NCBI GenBank assembly: GCA_048128005.1 | Contig: JBEUKZ010000071.1 | Location: 434,001-498,000 of the forward strand | Direction of reading: 5' to 3' | Source: Veleropilina oligotropha | Lineage: Eukaryota | DNA length: 64,000 nt | In this document: positions 33,601 through 47,842 of the stretch, one piece after another | How positions within the stretch are numbered: position 1 is the stretch's first letter | Layout: each line of letters starts with the position of its first letter | Notes under the pieces: generated by a model | The model's input: the letters and a program-made list of their open reading frames with translations, nothing else | Databases searched by the model: none | What the model was told of the DNA's origin: nothing | Translations under genes and position numbers: made by a program

Positions 33601-36600
33601 TGGTGTGAACCCCAAGGTTGTTATAGCGGGGCATGACCTGGTGTGAACCCCAAGGTTGTTATAGCGGGGCATGACCTGGTGTGAACCACAAGGTTGTTAT
33701 AGCGGGACATGACCTGGTGTGAACCCCAAGGTTGTTATAGCGGGGCATGACCTGGTGTGAACCCCAAGGTTGTTATAGCGGGGCATGACCTGGTGTGAAC
33801 CCCGAGGTTGTTATAGCGGGGCATGACCTGGTGTGAACCCCAAGGTTGTTATAGCGGCATGACCTGGTGTGAACCCCAAGGTTGTTATAGCGGGACATGA
33901 CCTGGTGTGAACCCCAAGGTTGTTATAGCGGGACATGACCTGGTGTGAACCCCAAGGTTGTTATAGCGGGACATGACCTGGTGTGAACCCCAAGGTTGTT
34001 ATAGCGGGGCATGACCTGGTGTGAACCCCAAGGTTGTTATAGCGGGGCATGACCTGGTGTGGACCCCAAGGTTGTTATAGCGGGGCATGACCTGGTGTGA
34101 ACCCCAAGGTTGTTATAGCGGGGCATGACCTGGTGTGAACCCCAAGGTTGTTATAGCGGGACATGACCTGGTGTGAACCCCAAGGTTGTTATAGCGGGAC
34201 ATGACCTGGTGTGAACCCCAAGGTTGTTATAGCGGGGCATGACCTGGTGTGAACCCCAAGGTTGTTATAGCGGGACATGACCTGGTGTGAACCCCAAGGT
34301 TGTTATAGCGGGACATGACCTGGTGTGAACCCCAAGGTTGTTATAGCGGGGCATGACCTGGTGTGAACCCCAAGGTTGTTATAGCGGGACATGACCTGGT
34401 GTGAACCCCAAGGTTGTTATAGCGGGACATGACCTGGTGTGAACCCCAAGGTTGTTATAGCGGGGCATGACCTGGTGTGAACCCCAAGGTTGTTATAGCG
34501 GGACATGACCTGGTGTGAACCCCAAGGTTGTTATAGCGGGACATGACCTGGTGTGAACCCCAAGGTTGTTATAGCGGCATGACCTGGTGTGAACCCCGAG
34601 GTTGTTATAGCGGGGCATGACCTGGTGTGAACCCCAAGGTTGTTATAGCGGGGCATGACCTGGTGTGAACCCCGAGGTTGTTATAGCGGGACATGACCTG
34701 GTGTGAACCCCAAGGTTGTTATAGCGGGACATGACCTGGTATGAACCCCGAGGTTGTTATAGCGGGACATGACCTGGTGTGAACCCCAAGGTTGTTATAG
34801 CGGGACATGACCTGGTGTGAACCCCAAGGTTGTTATAGCAGGGCATGACCTGGTGTGAACCCCAAGGTTGTTATAGCGGGGCATGACCTGGTGTGAACCC
34901 CAAGGTTGTTATAGCGGGGCATGACCTGGTGTGAACCACAAGGTTGTTATAGCGGGACATGACCTGGTGTGAACCCCAAGGTTGTTATAGCGGGGCATGA
35001 CCTGGTGTGAACCCCAAGGTTGTTATAGCGGGGCATGACCTGGTGTGAACCCCGAGGTTGTTATAGCGGGGCATGACCTGGTGTGAACCCCAAGGTTGTT
35101 ATAGCGGCATGACCTGGTGTGAACCCCAAGGTTGTTATAGCGGGACATGACCTGGTGTGAACCCCAAGGTTGTTATAGCGGGACATGACCTGGTGTGAAC
35201 CCCAAGGTTGTTATAGCGGGACATGACCTGGTGTGAACCCCAAGGTTGTTATAGCGGGGCATGACCTGGTGTGAACCCCAAGGTTGTTATAGCGGGGCAT
35301 GACCTGGTGTGGACCCCAAGGTTGTTATAGCGGGGCATGACCTGGTGTGAACCCCAAGGTTGTTATAGCGGGGCATGACCTGGTGTGAACCCCAAGGTTG
35401 TTATAGCGGGGCATGACCTGGTGTGAACCCCAAGGTTGTTATAGCGGGGCATGACCTGGTGTGAACCCCAAGGTTGTTATAGCGGGACATGACCTGGTGT
35501 GAACCCCAAGGTTGTTATAGCGGGACATGACCTGGTGTGAACCCCAAGGTTGTTATAGCGGGGCATGACCTGGTGTGAACCCCAAGGTTGTTATAGCGGG
35601 ACATGACCTGGTGTGAACCCCAAGGTTGTTATAGCGGGACATGACCTGGTGTGAACCCCAAGGTTGTTATAGCGGGGCATGACCTGGTGTGAACCCCAAG
35701 GTTGTTATAGCGGGACATGACCTGGTGTGAACCCCAAGGTTGTTATAGCGGGACATGACCTGGTGTGAACCCCAAGGTTGTTATAGCGGGGCATGACCTG
35801 GTGTGAACCCCAAGGTTGTTATAGTGGGGCATGACCTGGTGTGAACCCCAAGGTTGTTATAGCGGGACATGACCTGGTGTGAACCCCAAGGTTGTTATAG
35901 CGGGGCATGACCTGGTGTGAACCCCGAGGTTGTTATAGCGGGGCATGACCTGGTGTGAACCCCAAGGTTGTTATAGCGGCATGACCTGGTGTGAACCCCA
36001 AGGTTGTTATAGCGAGACATGACCTGGTGTGAACCCCAAGGTTGTTATAGCGGGGCATGACCTGGTGTGAACCCCAAGGTTGTTATAGCGAGGCATGACC
36101 TGGTGTGAACCCCAAGGTTGTTATAGCGGGGCATGACCTGGTGTGAACCCCAAGGTTGTTATAGCGGGACATGACCTGGTGTGAACCCCAAGGTTGTTAT
36201 AGCGGGGCATGACCTGGTGTGAACCCCAAGGTTGTTATAGCGGGGCATGACCTGGTGTGAACCCCAAGGTTGTTATAGTGGGGCATGACCTGGTGTGAAC
36301 CCCAAGGTTGTTATAGCGGGACATGACCTGGTGTGAACCCCAAGGTTGTTATAGCGAGACATGACCTGGTATGAACCCCAAGGTTGTTATAGCGTGACAT
36401 GACCTGGTGTGAACCCCAAGGTTGTTATAGCGGGGCATGACCTGGTGTGAACCCCAAGGTTGTTATAGCGAGACATGACCTGGTGTGAACCCCAAGGTTG
36501 TTATAGCGTGACATGACCTGGTGTGAACCCCAAGGTTGTTATAGCGGGGCATGACCTGGTGTGAACCCCAAGGTTGTTATAGCGTGACATGACCTGGTGT

Positions 36601-39600
36601 GAACCCCAAGGTTGTTATAGCGGGGCATGACCTGGTGTGAACCCCAAGGTTGTTATAGCGGGGCATGACCTGGTGTGAACCCCGAGGTTGTTATAGCGGG
36701 ACATGACCTGGTGTGAACCCCAAGGTTGTTATAGCGGGGCATGACCTGGTGTGAACCCCAAGGTTGTTATAGCGGGGCATGACCTGGTGTGGACCCCAAG
36801 GTTGTTATAGCAGGGCATGACCTGGTGTGAACCCCAAGGTTGTTATAGTGGGGCATGACCTGGTGTGAACCCCAAGGTTGTTATAGCGGGGCATGACCTG
36901 GTGTGAACCCCAAGGTTGTTATAGCGGGGCATGACCTGGTGTGAACCCCAAGGTTGTTATAGCGGGGCATGACCTGGTGTGAACCCCAAGGTTGTTATAG
37001 CAGGGCATGACCTGGTGTGAACCCCAAGGTTGTTATAGCGGGGCATGACCTGGTGTGAACCCCAAGGTTGTTATAGCGGGGCATGACCTGGTGTGAACCC
37101 CAAGGTTGTTATAGCGGGGCATGACCTGGTGTGAACCCCAAGGTTGTTATAGCGGGACATGACCTGGTGTGAACCCCAAGGTTGTTATAGCGGGGCATGA
37201 CCTGGTGTGAACCCCAAGGTTGTTGTAGCGGGACATGACCTGGTGTGAACCCCAAGGTTGTTATAGCGGGACATGACCAGGTGTGAACCCCAAGGTTGTT
37301 ATAGCGGGACATGACCAGGTGTGAACCCCAAGGTTGTTATAGCGGGGCATGACCTGGTGTGAACCCCAAGGTTGTTATAGCGGGACATGACCTGGTGTGA
37401 ACCCCAAGGTTGTTATAGCGGGGCATGACCTGGTGTGAACCCCAAGGTTGTTATAGCGGGACATGCATTGATCCACATCAATAATCAGTATATAGTGCAC
37501 TAACATGGGCATGACCTGGTGTGAACCCCAAGGTTGTTATAGCGGGGCATGACCTGGTGTGAACCCCAAGGTTGTTATAGCGGGACATGACCTGGTGTGA
37601 ACCCCAAGGTTGTTATAGCGGGGCATGACCTGGTGTGAACCCCAAGGTTGTTATAGCGGGGCATGACCTGGTGTGAACCCCAAGGTTGTTATAGCGGGGC
37701 ATGACCTGGTGTGAACCCCAAGGTTGTTATAGTGGGGCATGACCTGGTGTGAACCCCAAGGTTGTTATAGCGGGGCATGACCTGGTGTGAACCCCAAGGT
37801 TGTTATAGTGGGGCATGACCTGGTGTGAACCCCAAGGTTGTTATAGCGGGACATGACCTGGTGTGAACCCCGAGGTTGTTATAGCGGGACATGCATTGAT
37901 CCACATCAATAATCAGTATATAGTGCACTAACATGGGCATGACCTGGTGTGAACCCCAAGGTTGTTATAGCGGGACATGACCTGGTGTGAACCCCAAGGT
38001 TGTTATAGCGGGGCATGACCTGGTGTGAACCCCGAGGTTGTTATAGCGGGACATGACCTGGTGTGAACCCCAAGGTTGTTATAGCGGGACATGACCTGGT
38101 GTGAACCCCAAGGTTGTTAGCGAGACATGACCTGGTGTGAACCCCAAGGTTGTTATAGCGGGACATGACCTGGTGTGAACCCCAAGGTTGTTATAGCGGG
38201 ACATGACCTGGTGTGAACCCCAAGGTTGTTATGGCGGGGCATGACCTGGTGTGAACCCCAAGGTTGTTATAGCGGGACATGACCTGGTGTGAACCCCAAG
38301 GTTGTTAGCGAGACATGACCTGGTGTGAACCCCAAGGTTGTTATAGCGGGACATGACCTGGTGTGAACCCCAAGGTTGTTATAGCGGGACATGACCTGGT
38401 GTGAACCCCAAGGTTGTTATAGCGGGACATGACCTGGTGTGAACCCCAAGGTTGTTATAGCGGGGCATGACCTGGTGTGAACCCCAAGGTTGTTATAGCG
38501 GGACATGACCTGGTGTGAACCCCAAGGTTGTTATAGCGGGACATGACCTGGTGTGAACCCCAAGGTTGTTATAGCGGGACATGACCTGGTGTGAACCCCA
38601 AGGTTGTTATAGCGGGGCATGACCTGGTGTGAACCCCAAGGTTGTTATAGCGGGGCATGACCTGGTGTGAACCCCAAGGTTGTTATAGCGGGACATGACC
38701 TGGTGTGAACCCCAAGGTTGTTATAGCGGGACATGACCTGGTGTGAACCCCAAGGTTGTTATAGCGGGACATGACCTGGTGTGAACCCCAAGGTTGTTAT
38801 AGCGGGACATGACCTGGTGTGAACCCCACGGTTGTTATAGCGGGGCATGACCTGGTGTGAACCCCACGGTTGTTATAGCGGGACATGACCTGGTGTGAAC
38901 CCCAAGGTTGTTATAGCGGGACATGACCTGGTGTGAACCCCAAGGTTGTTATAGCGGGACATGACCTGGTGTGAACCCCAAGGTTGTTATAGCAGGGCAT
39001 GACCTGGTGTGAACCCCAAGGTTGTTATAGCGGGACATGACCTGGTGTGAACCCCAAGGTTGTTATAGCGGGACATGACCTGGTGTGAACCCCAAGGTTG
39101 TTATAGCGAGCGGGGCATGACCTGGTGTGAACCCCAAGGTTGTTATAGCGGGGCATGACCTGGTGTGAACCCCAAGGTTGTTATAGCGGGACATGACCTG
39201 GTGTGAACCCCAAGGTTGTTAGCGAGACAAGCATTGATCCACATCAATAATCAGTATATAGTGCACTAACATGGGCATGACCTGGTGTGAACCCCAAGGT
39301 TGTTATAACGGGACATGACCTGGTGTGAACCCCAAGGTTGTTATAGCGGGGCATGACCTGGTGTGAACCCCAAGGTTGTTATAGCGGGACATGACCTGGT
39401 GTGAACCCCAAGGTTGTTATAGCAGGGCATTACCTGGTGTGAACCCCAAGGTTGTTATAGCGGGGCATGACCTGGTGTGAACCCCAAGGTTGTTATAGCG
39501 GGACATGCATTGATCCACATCAATAATCAGTATATAGTGCACTAACATGGGCATGACCTGGTATGAACCCCAAGGTTGTTAGCGGGACATGACCTGGTGT

Positions 39601-42600
39601 GAACCCCAAGGTTGTTATAGCGGGACATGACCTGGTGTGAACCCCAAGGTTGTTATAGCGAGACATGACCTGGTGTGAACCCCAAGGTTGTTATAGTGGG
39701 ACATGACCTGGTGTGAACCCCAAGGTTGTTATAGCGGGACATGACCTGGTGTGAACCCCACGGTTGTTATAGCGGGACATGACCTGGTGTGAACCCCAAG
39801 GTTGTTATAGTGGGACATGACCTGGTGTGAACCCCAAGGTTGTTATAGCGGGGCATGACCTGGTGTGAACCCCAAGGTTGTTATAGCGGGACATGACCTG
39901 GTGTGAACCCCAAGGTTGTTATAGTGGGACATGACCTGGTGTGAACCCCAAGGTTGTTATAGCGGGACATGACCTGGTGTGAACCCCAAGGTTGTTATAG
40001 CGGGGCATGACCTGGTGTGAACCCCAAGGTTGTTATAGCGGGGCATGACCTGGTGTGAACCCCAAGGTTGTTATAGCGGGGCATGACCTGGTGTGAACCC
40101 CAAGGTTGTTATAGCGGGACATGCATTGATCCACATCAATAATCAGTATATAGTGCACTAACATGGGCATGACCTGGTGTGAACCCCAAGGTTGTTATAG
40201 CGGGACATGACCTGGTGTGAACCCCAAGGTTGTTATAGCGGGGCATGACCTGGTGTGAACCCCAAGGTTGTTATAGCGGGACATGACCTGGTGTGAACCC
40301 CAAGGTTGTTATAGCGGGACATGACCTGGTGTGAACCCCAAGGTTGTTATAGCGGGACATGACCTGGTGTGAACCCCAAGGTTGTTATAGCGGGGCATGA
40401 CCTGGTGTGAACCCCAAGGTTGTTAGCGAGACATGACCTGGTGTGAACCCCAAGGTTGTTATGGCGGGGCATGACCTGGTGTGAACCCCAAGGTTGTTAT
40501 AGTGGGGCATGACCTGGTGTGAACCCCAAGGTTGTTATAGCGGGGCATGACCTGGTGTGAACCCCAAGGTTGTTATAGTGGGGCATGACCTGGTGTGAAC
40601 CCCAAGGTTGTTATAGCGGGGCATGACCTGGTGTGAACCCCAAGGTTGTTATAGCGGGACATGACCTGGTGTGAACCCCAAGGTTGTTATAGCGGGACAT
40701 GACCTGGTGTGAACCCCAAGGTTGTTATAGCGGGGCATGACCTGGTGTGAACCCCAAGGTTGTTATGGCGGGGCATGACCTGGTGTGAACCCCAAGGTTG
40801 TTATAGCGGGACAAGCATTGATCCACATCAATAATCAGTATATAGTGCACTAACATGGGCATGACCTGGTGTGAACCCCAAGGTTGTTATAGCGGGACAT
40901 GACCTGGTGTGAACCCCAAGGTTGTTATAGCGGGACATGACCTGGTGTGAACCCCAAGGTTGTTATGGCGGGGCATGACCTGGTGTGAACCCCAAGGTTG
41001 TTATAGTGGGACATGACCTGGTGTGAACCCCAAGGTTGTTATAGCGGGGCATGACCTGGTGTGAACCCCAAGGTTGTTATAGCGGGGCATGACCTGGTGT
41101 GAACCCCAAGGTTGTTATAGCGGGACATGCATTGATCCACATCAATAATCAGTATATAGTGCACTAACATGGGCATGACCTGGTGTGAACCCCAAGGTTG
41201 TTATGGCGGGGCATGACCTGGTGTGAACCCCAAGGTTGTTATAGCGGGGCATGACCTGGTGTGAACCCCAAGGTTGTTAGCGAGACATGACCTGGTGTGA
41301 ACCCCAAGGTTGTTATGGCGGGGCATGACCTGGTGTGAACCCCAAGGTTGTTATAGCGGGACATGACCTGGTGTGAACCCCAAGGTTGTTATAGCGGGGC
41401 ATGACCTGGTGTGAACCCCAAGGTTGTTATAGCGGGACATGACCTGGTGTGAACCCCAAGGTTGTTATAGCGGGGCATGACCTGGTGTGAACCCCAAGGT
41501 TGTTATAGCGGGGCATGACCTGGTGTGAACCCCGAGGTTGTTATAGCGGGACATGACCTGGTGTGAACCCCAAGGTTGTTATAGCGGGGCATGACCTGGT
41601 GTGAACCCCAAGGTTGTTATAGCGGGACATGACCTGGTGTGAACCCCAAGGTTGTTATAGCGGGACATGACCTGGTGTGAACCCCACGGTTGTTATAGCG
41701 GGGCATGACCTGGTGTGAACCCCAAGGTTGTTATAGCGGGACATGACCTGGTGTGAACCCCAAGGTTGTTATAGCGGGGCATGACCTGGTGTGAACCCCA
41801 AGGTTGTTATAGCGGGACATGACCTGGTGTGAACCCCAAGGTTGTTATAGCGGGGCATGACCTGGTGTGAACCCCAAGGTTGTTGTAGCGGGGCATGACC
41901 TGGTGTGAACCCCGAGGTTGTTATAGCGGGGCATGACCTGGTGTGAACCCCGAGGTTGTTATAGCGGGGCATGACCTGGTGTGAACCCCAAGGTTGTTAT
42001 AGCGGGGCATGACCTGGTGTGAACCCCAAGGTTGTTATAGCGGGGCATGACCTGGTGTGAACCCCAAGGTTGTTATAGCGAGCGGGGCATGACCTGGTGT
42101 GAACCCCAAGGTTGTTATAGCGGGACATGACCTGGTGTGAACCCCAAGGTTGTTATAGCGGGACATGACCTGGTGTGAACCCCAAGGTTGTTATAGCGGG
42201 GCATGACCTGGTGTGAACCCCAAGGTTGTTATAGCGGGGCATGACCTGGTGTGAACCCCAAGGTTGTTATAGCGGTACAAGCATTGATCCTCATCAATAA
42301 TCAGTATATAGTGCACTAACATGGGCATGACCTGGTGTGAGCCCCAAGGTTGTTATAGCGGGGCATGACCTGGTGTGAACCCCAAGGTTGTTATAGCGGG
42401 GCATGACCTGGTGTGAACCCCAAGGTTGTTATAGCGGGGCATGACCTGGTGTGAACCCCAAGGTTGTTATAGCGGGGCATGACCTGGTGTGAACCCCAAG
42501 GTTGTTATAGCGGGGCATGACCTGGTGTGAACCCCAAGGTTGTTATAGCGGTACAAGCATTGATCCTCATCAATAATCAGTATATAGTGCACTAACATGG

Positions 42601-45600
42601 GCATGACCTGGTGTGAGCCCCAAGGTTGTTATAGCGGGACATGACCTGGTGTGAACCCCAAGGTTGTTATAGCGGGGCATGACCTGGTGTGAACCCCAAG
42701 GTTGTTATAGCGGGACATGACCGGGTGTGAACCCCAAGGTTGTTATAGCGGGGCATGACCTGGTGTGAACCCCAAGGTTGTTATAGCGGGGCATGACCTG
42801 GTGTGAACCCCACGGTTGTTATAGCGGGGCATGACCTGGTGTGAACCCCAAGGTTGTTATAGTGGGACATGACCTGGTGTGAACCCCAAGGTTGTTATAG
42901 CGGGACATGACCTGGTGTGAACCCCACGGTTGTTATAGCGGGACATGACCTGGTGTGAACCCCAAGGTTGTTATAGCGGGACATGACCTGGTGTGAACCC
43001 CATGGTTGTTATAGCGGGGCATGACCTGGTGTGAACCCCAAGGTTGTTATAGTGGGACATGACCTGGTGTGAACCCCAAGGTTGTTATAGCGGGACATGA
43101 CCTGGTGTGAACCCCACGGTTGTTATAGCGGGACATGACCTGGTGTGAACCCCAAGGTTGTTATAGTGGGACATGACCTGGTGTGAACCCCAAGGTTGTT
43201 ATAGTGGGACATGACCTGGTGTGAACCCCAAGGTTGTTATAGCGGGGCATGACCTGGTGTGAACCCCACGGTTGTTATAGCGGGACATGACCTGGTGTGA
43301 ACCCCAAGGTTGTTATAGCGGGGCATGACCTGGTGTGAACCCCAAGGTTGTTATAGCGGGACATGACCTGGTGTGAACCCCAAGGTTGTTATAGCGGGAC
43401 ATGACCTGGTGTGAACCCCAAGGTTGTTATAGCGGGGCATGACCTGGTGTGAACCCCAAGGTTGTTATAGCGGGACATGACCTGGTGTGAACCCCAAGGT
43501 TGTTATAGCGGGGCATGACCTGGTGTGAACCCCAAGGTTGTTATAGCGGGACATGACCTGGTGTGAACCCCAAGGTTGTTATAGCGGGACATGACCTGGT
43601 GTGAACCCCAAGGTTGTTATAGCGGGGCATGACCTGGTGTGAACCCCAAGGTTGTTATAGCGGGACATGACCTGGTGTGAACCCCAATGTTGTTATAGCG
43701 GGACATGACCTGGTGTGAACCCCAAGGTTGTTATAGCGGGGCATGACCTGGTGTGAACCCCAAGGTTGTTATAGCGGGACATGACCTGGTGTGAACCCCA
43801 AGGTTGTTATAGCGGGACATGACCTGGTGTGAACCCCAAGGTTGTTATAGCGGGGCATGACCTGGTGTGAACCCCAAGGTTGTTATAGCGGGACATGACC
43901 TGGTGTGAACCCCAAGGTTGTTATAGCGGGGCATGACCTGGTGTGAACCCCAAGGTTGTTATAGCGGGGCATGACCTGGTGTGAACCCCAAGGTTGTTAT
44001 AGCGGGGCATGACCTGGTGTGAACCCCAAGGTTGTTATAGCGGGACATGACCTGGTGTGAACCCCAAGGTTGTTATAGCGGGACATGACCTGGTGTGAAC
44101 CCCGAGGTTGTTATAGCGGGGCATGACCTGGTGTGAACCCCAAGGTTGTTATAGCGGGACATGACCTGGTGTGAACCCCAAGGTTGTTATAGCGGGGCAT
44201 GACCTGGTGTGAACCCCAAGGTTGTTATAGCGGGGCATGACCTGGTGTGAACCCCAAGGTTGTTATAGCGGGACATGACCTGGTGTGAACCCCAAGGTTG
44301 TTATAGCGGGGCATGACCTGGTGTGAACCCCAAGGTTGTTATAGCGGGGCATGACCTGGTGTGAACCCCAAGGTTGTTATAGCGGGGCATGACCTGGTGT
44401 GAACCCCAAGGTTGTTATAGCGGGGCATGACCTGGTGTGAACCCCAAGGTTGTTATAGCGGGACATGACCTGGTGTGAACCCCAAGGTTGTTATAGCGGG
44501 ACAAGCATTGATCCTCATCAATAATCAGTATATAGTGCACTAACATGGGCATGACCTGGTGTGAACCCCAAGGTTGTTATAGCGGGACATGACCTGGTGT
44601 GAACCCCAAGGTTGTTATAGCGGGACATGACCTGGTGTGAACCCCAAGGTTGTTATAGCGGGGCATGACCTGGTGTGAACCCCGAGGTTGTTATAGCGGG
44701 ACATGACCTGGTGTGAACCCCAAGGTTGTTATAGCGGGACATGACCTGGTGTGAACCCCAAGGTTGTTATAGCGGGGCATGACCTGGTGTGAACCCCAAG
44801 GTTGTTATAGCGGGACATGACCTGGTGTGAACCCCAAGGTTGTTAGCGGGACATGACCTGGTGTGAACCCCAAGGTTGTTATAGCGGGACATGACCTGGT
44901 GTGAACCCCAAGGTTGTTATAGCGGGGCATGACCTGGTGTGAACCCCGAGGTTGTTATAGCGGGACATGACCTGGTGTGAACCCCAAGGTTGTTATAGCG
45001 GGACATGACCTGGTGTGAACCCCAAGGTTGTTATAGCGGGACATGACCTGGTGTGAACCCCAAGGTTGTTATAGCGGGACATGACCTGGTGTGAACCCCA
45101 AGGTTGTTATAGCAGGACATGACCTGGTGTGAACCCCAAGGTTGTTATAGCGGGACATGACCAGGTGTGAACCCCAAGGTTGTTATAGCGGGACATGACC
45201 TGGTGTGAACCCCAAGGTTGTTATAGCGGGACATGACCAGGTGTGAACCCCAAGGTTGTTATAGCGGGACATGACCTGGTGTGAACCCCACGGTTGTTAT
45301 AGCGGGGCATGACCTGGTGTGAACCCCAAGGTTGTTATAGCGGGACATGACCTGGTGTGAACCCCAAGGTTGTTATAGCGGGACATGACCAGGTGTGAAC
45401 CCCAAGGTTGTTATAGCGGGACATGACCAGGTGTGAACCCCAAGGTTGTTATAGCGGGACATGACCTGGTGTGAACCCCAAGGTTGTTATAGCGGGACAT
45501 GACCAGGTGTGAACCCCAAGGTTGTTATAGCGGGACATGACCTGGTGTGAACCCCACGGTTGTTATAGCGGGGCATGACCTGGTGTGAACCCCAAGGTTG

Positions 45601-47778
45601 TTATAGCGGGACATGACCTGGTGTGAACCCCAAGGTTGTTATAGCGGGACATGACCTGGTGTGAACCCCAAGGTTGTTATAGCGGGACATGACCTGGTGT
45701 GAACCCCAAGGTTGTTATAGCGGGACATGACCTGGTGTGAACCCCAAGGTTGTTATAGCGGGACATGACCTGGTGTGGACCCCGAGGTTGTTATAGCGGG
45801 ACATGACCTGGTGTGAACCCCAAGGTTGTTATAGCGGGACATGACCTGGTGTGAACCCCAAGGTTGTTATAGCGGGACATGACCAGGTGTGAACCCCAAG
45901 GTTGTTATAGCGGGACATGACCTGGTGTGAACCCCACAGTTGTTATAGCGGAGCATGACCTGGTGTGGACCCCAAGGTTGTTATAGCGGGACATGACCAG
46001 GTGTGAACCCCAAGGTTGTTATAGCGGGACATGACCTGGTGTGAACCCCAAGGTTGTTATAGCGGGACATGACCTGGTGTGAACCCCAAGGTTGTTATAG
46101 CGGGACATGACCTGGTGTGAACCCCAAGGTTGTTATAGCGGGACATGACCTGGTGTGAACCCCAAGGTTGTTATAGCGGGACATGACCAGGTGTGAACCC
46201 CAAGGTTGTTATAGCGGGGCATGACCTGGTGTGGACCCCGAGGTTGTTATAGCGGGACATGACCTGGTGTGAACCCCAAGGTTGTTATAGCGGGACATGA
46301 CCTGGTGTGAACCCCAAGGTTGTTATAGCGGGACATGACCTGGTGTGAACCCCAAGGTTGTTATAGCGGGACATGACCTGGTGTGAACCCCAAGGTTGTT
46401 ATAGCGGGACATGACCAGGTGTGAACCCCAAGGTTGTTATAGCGGGACATGACCTGGTGTGAACCCCAAGGTTGTTATAGCGGGACATGACCTGGTGTGA
46501 ACCCCAAGGTTGTTATAGCGGGACATGACCAGGTGTGAACCCCACGGTTGTTATAGCGGGGCATGACCTGGTGTGAACCCCAAGGTTGTTATAGCGGGAC
46601 ATGACCTGGTGTGAACCCCAAGGTTGTTATAGCGGGACATGACCAGGTGTGAACCCCAAGGTTGTTATAGCGGGACATGACCAGGTGTGAACCCCAAGGT
46701 TGTTATAGCGGGACATGACCTGGTGTGAACCCCAAGGTTGTTATAGCGGGACATGACCAGGTGTGAACCCCAAGGTTGTTATAGCGGGACATGACCTGGT
46801 GTGAACCCCACGGTTGTTATAGCGGGGCATGACCTGGTGTGAACCCCAAGGTTGTTATAGCGGGACATGACCTGGTGTGAACCCCAAGGTTGTTATAGCG
46901 GGACATGACCTGGTGTGAACCCCAAGGTTGTTATAGCGGGACATGACCTGGTGTGAACCCCAAGGTTGTTATAGCAGGACATGACCTGGTGTGAACCCCA
47001 AGGTTGTTATAGCGGGACATGACCTGGTGTGAACCCCAAGGTTGTTATAGCGGGACATGACCTGGTGTGAACCCCAAGGTTGTTATAGCGGGACATGACC
47101 TGGTGTGAACCCCAAGGTTGTTATAGCGGGACATGACCTGGTGTGAACCCCAAGGTTGTTATAGCGGGACATGACCAGGTGTGAACCCCAAGGTTGTTAT
47201 AGCGGGACATGACCTGGTGTGAACCCCAAGGTTGTTATAGCGGGACATGACCTGGTGTGAACCCCAAGGTTGTTATAGCGGGACATGACCTGGTGTGGAC
47301 CCCAAGGTTGTTATAGCGGGGCATGACCTGGTGTGAACCCCAAGGTTGTTATAGCGGGACATGACCAGGTGTGAACCCCAAGGTTGTTATAGCGGGGCAT
47401 GACCTGGTGTGGACCCCAAGGTTGTTATAGCGGGGCATGACCTGGTGTGAACCCCAAGGTTGTTATAGCGGGACATGACCAGGTGTGAACCCCAAGGTTG
47501 TTATAGCGGGACATGACCAGGTGTGAACCCCAAGGTTGTTATAGCGGGGCATGACCTGGTGTGGACCCCAAGGTTGTTATAGCGGGGCATGACCTGGTGT
47601 GAACCCCAAGGTTGTTATAGCGGGGCATGACCTGGTGTGAACCCCAAGGTTGTTATAGCGGGACATGACCTGGTGTGAACCCCAAGGTTGTTATAGCGGG
47701 GCATGACCTGGTGTGAACCCCAAGGTTGTTATAGCGGGGCATGACCTGGTGTGAACCCCAAGGTTGTTATAGCGGGAC
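15653..47778. repeat. 32-kb tandem satellite, 38-bp unit (roughly 800 copies), with about 20 interspersed 44-bp junction motifs, inside one DGAT1 intron
   Basis: Unit GGRCATGACCTGGTGTGAACCCCAAGGTTGTTATAGCG; interruption AAGCATTGATCCTCATCAATAATCAGTATATAGTGCACTAACAT. Confidence 0.99.
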
Positions 47779-47842
47779 AAGCATTGATCCAAATCAATAA
47801 TCAGTATATAATGCACTTTAAATATATTCCTAGAACCATGTA

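Noticed and set aside
23125..41972. Short ORFs within the satellite (MSRYNNLGVHTRSC..., MTWCEPQGCYSG...)
   Set aside because: They are by-products of point variants or 36-bp units that remove the periodic stop codon; there is no other sign of coding.
15653..47778. CRISPR-like repeat/spacer array
   Set aside because: The units are contiguous and the interruptions are near-identical to each other rather than unique spacers. There are no cas genes and the context is a eukaryotic intron.
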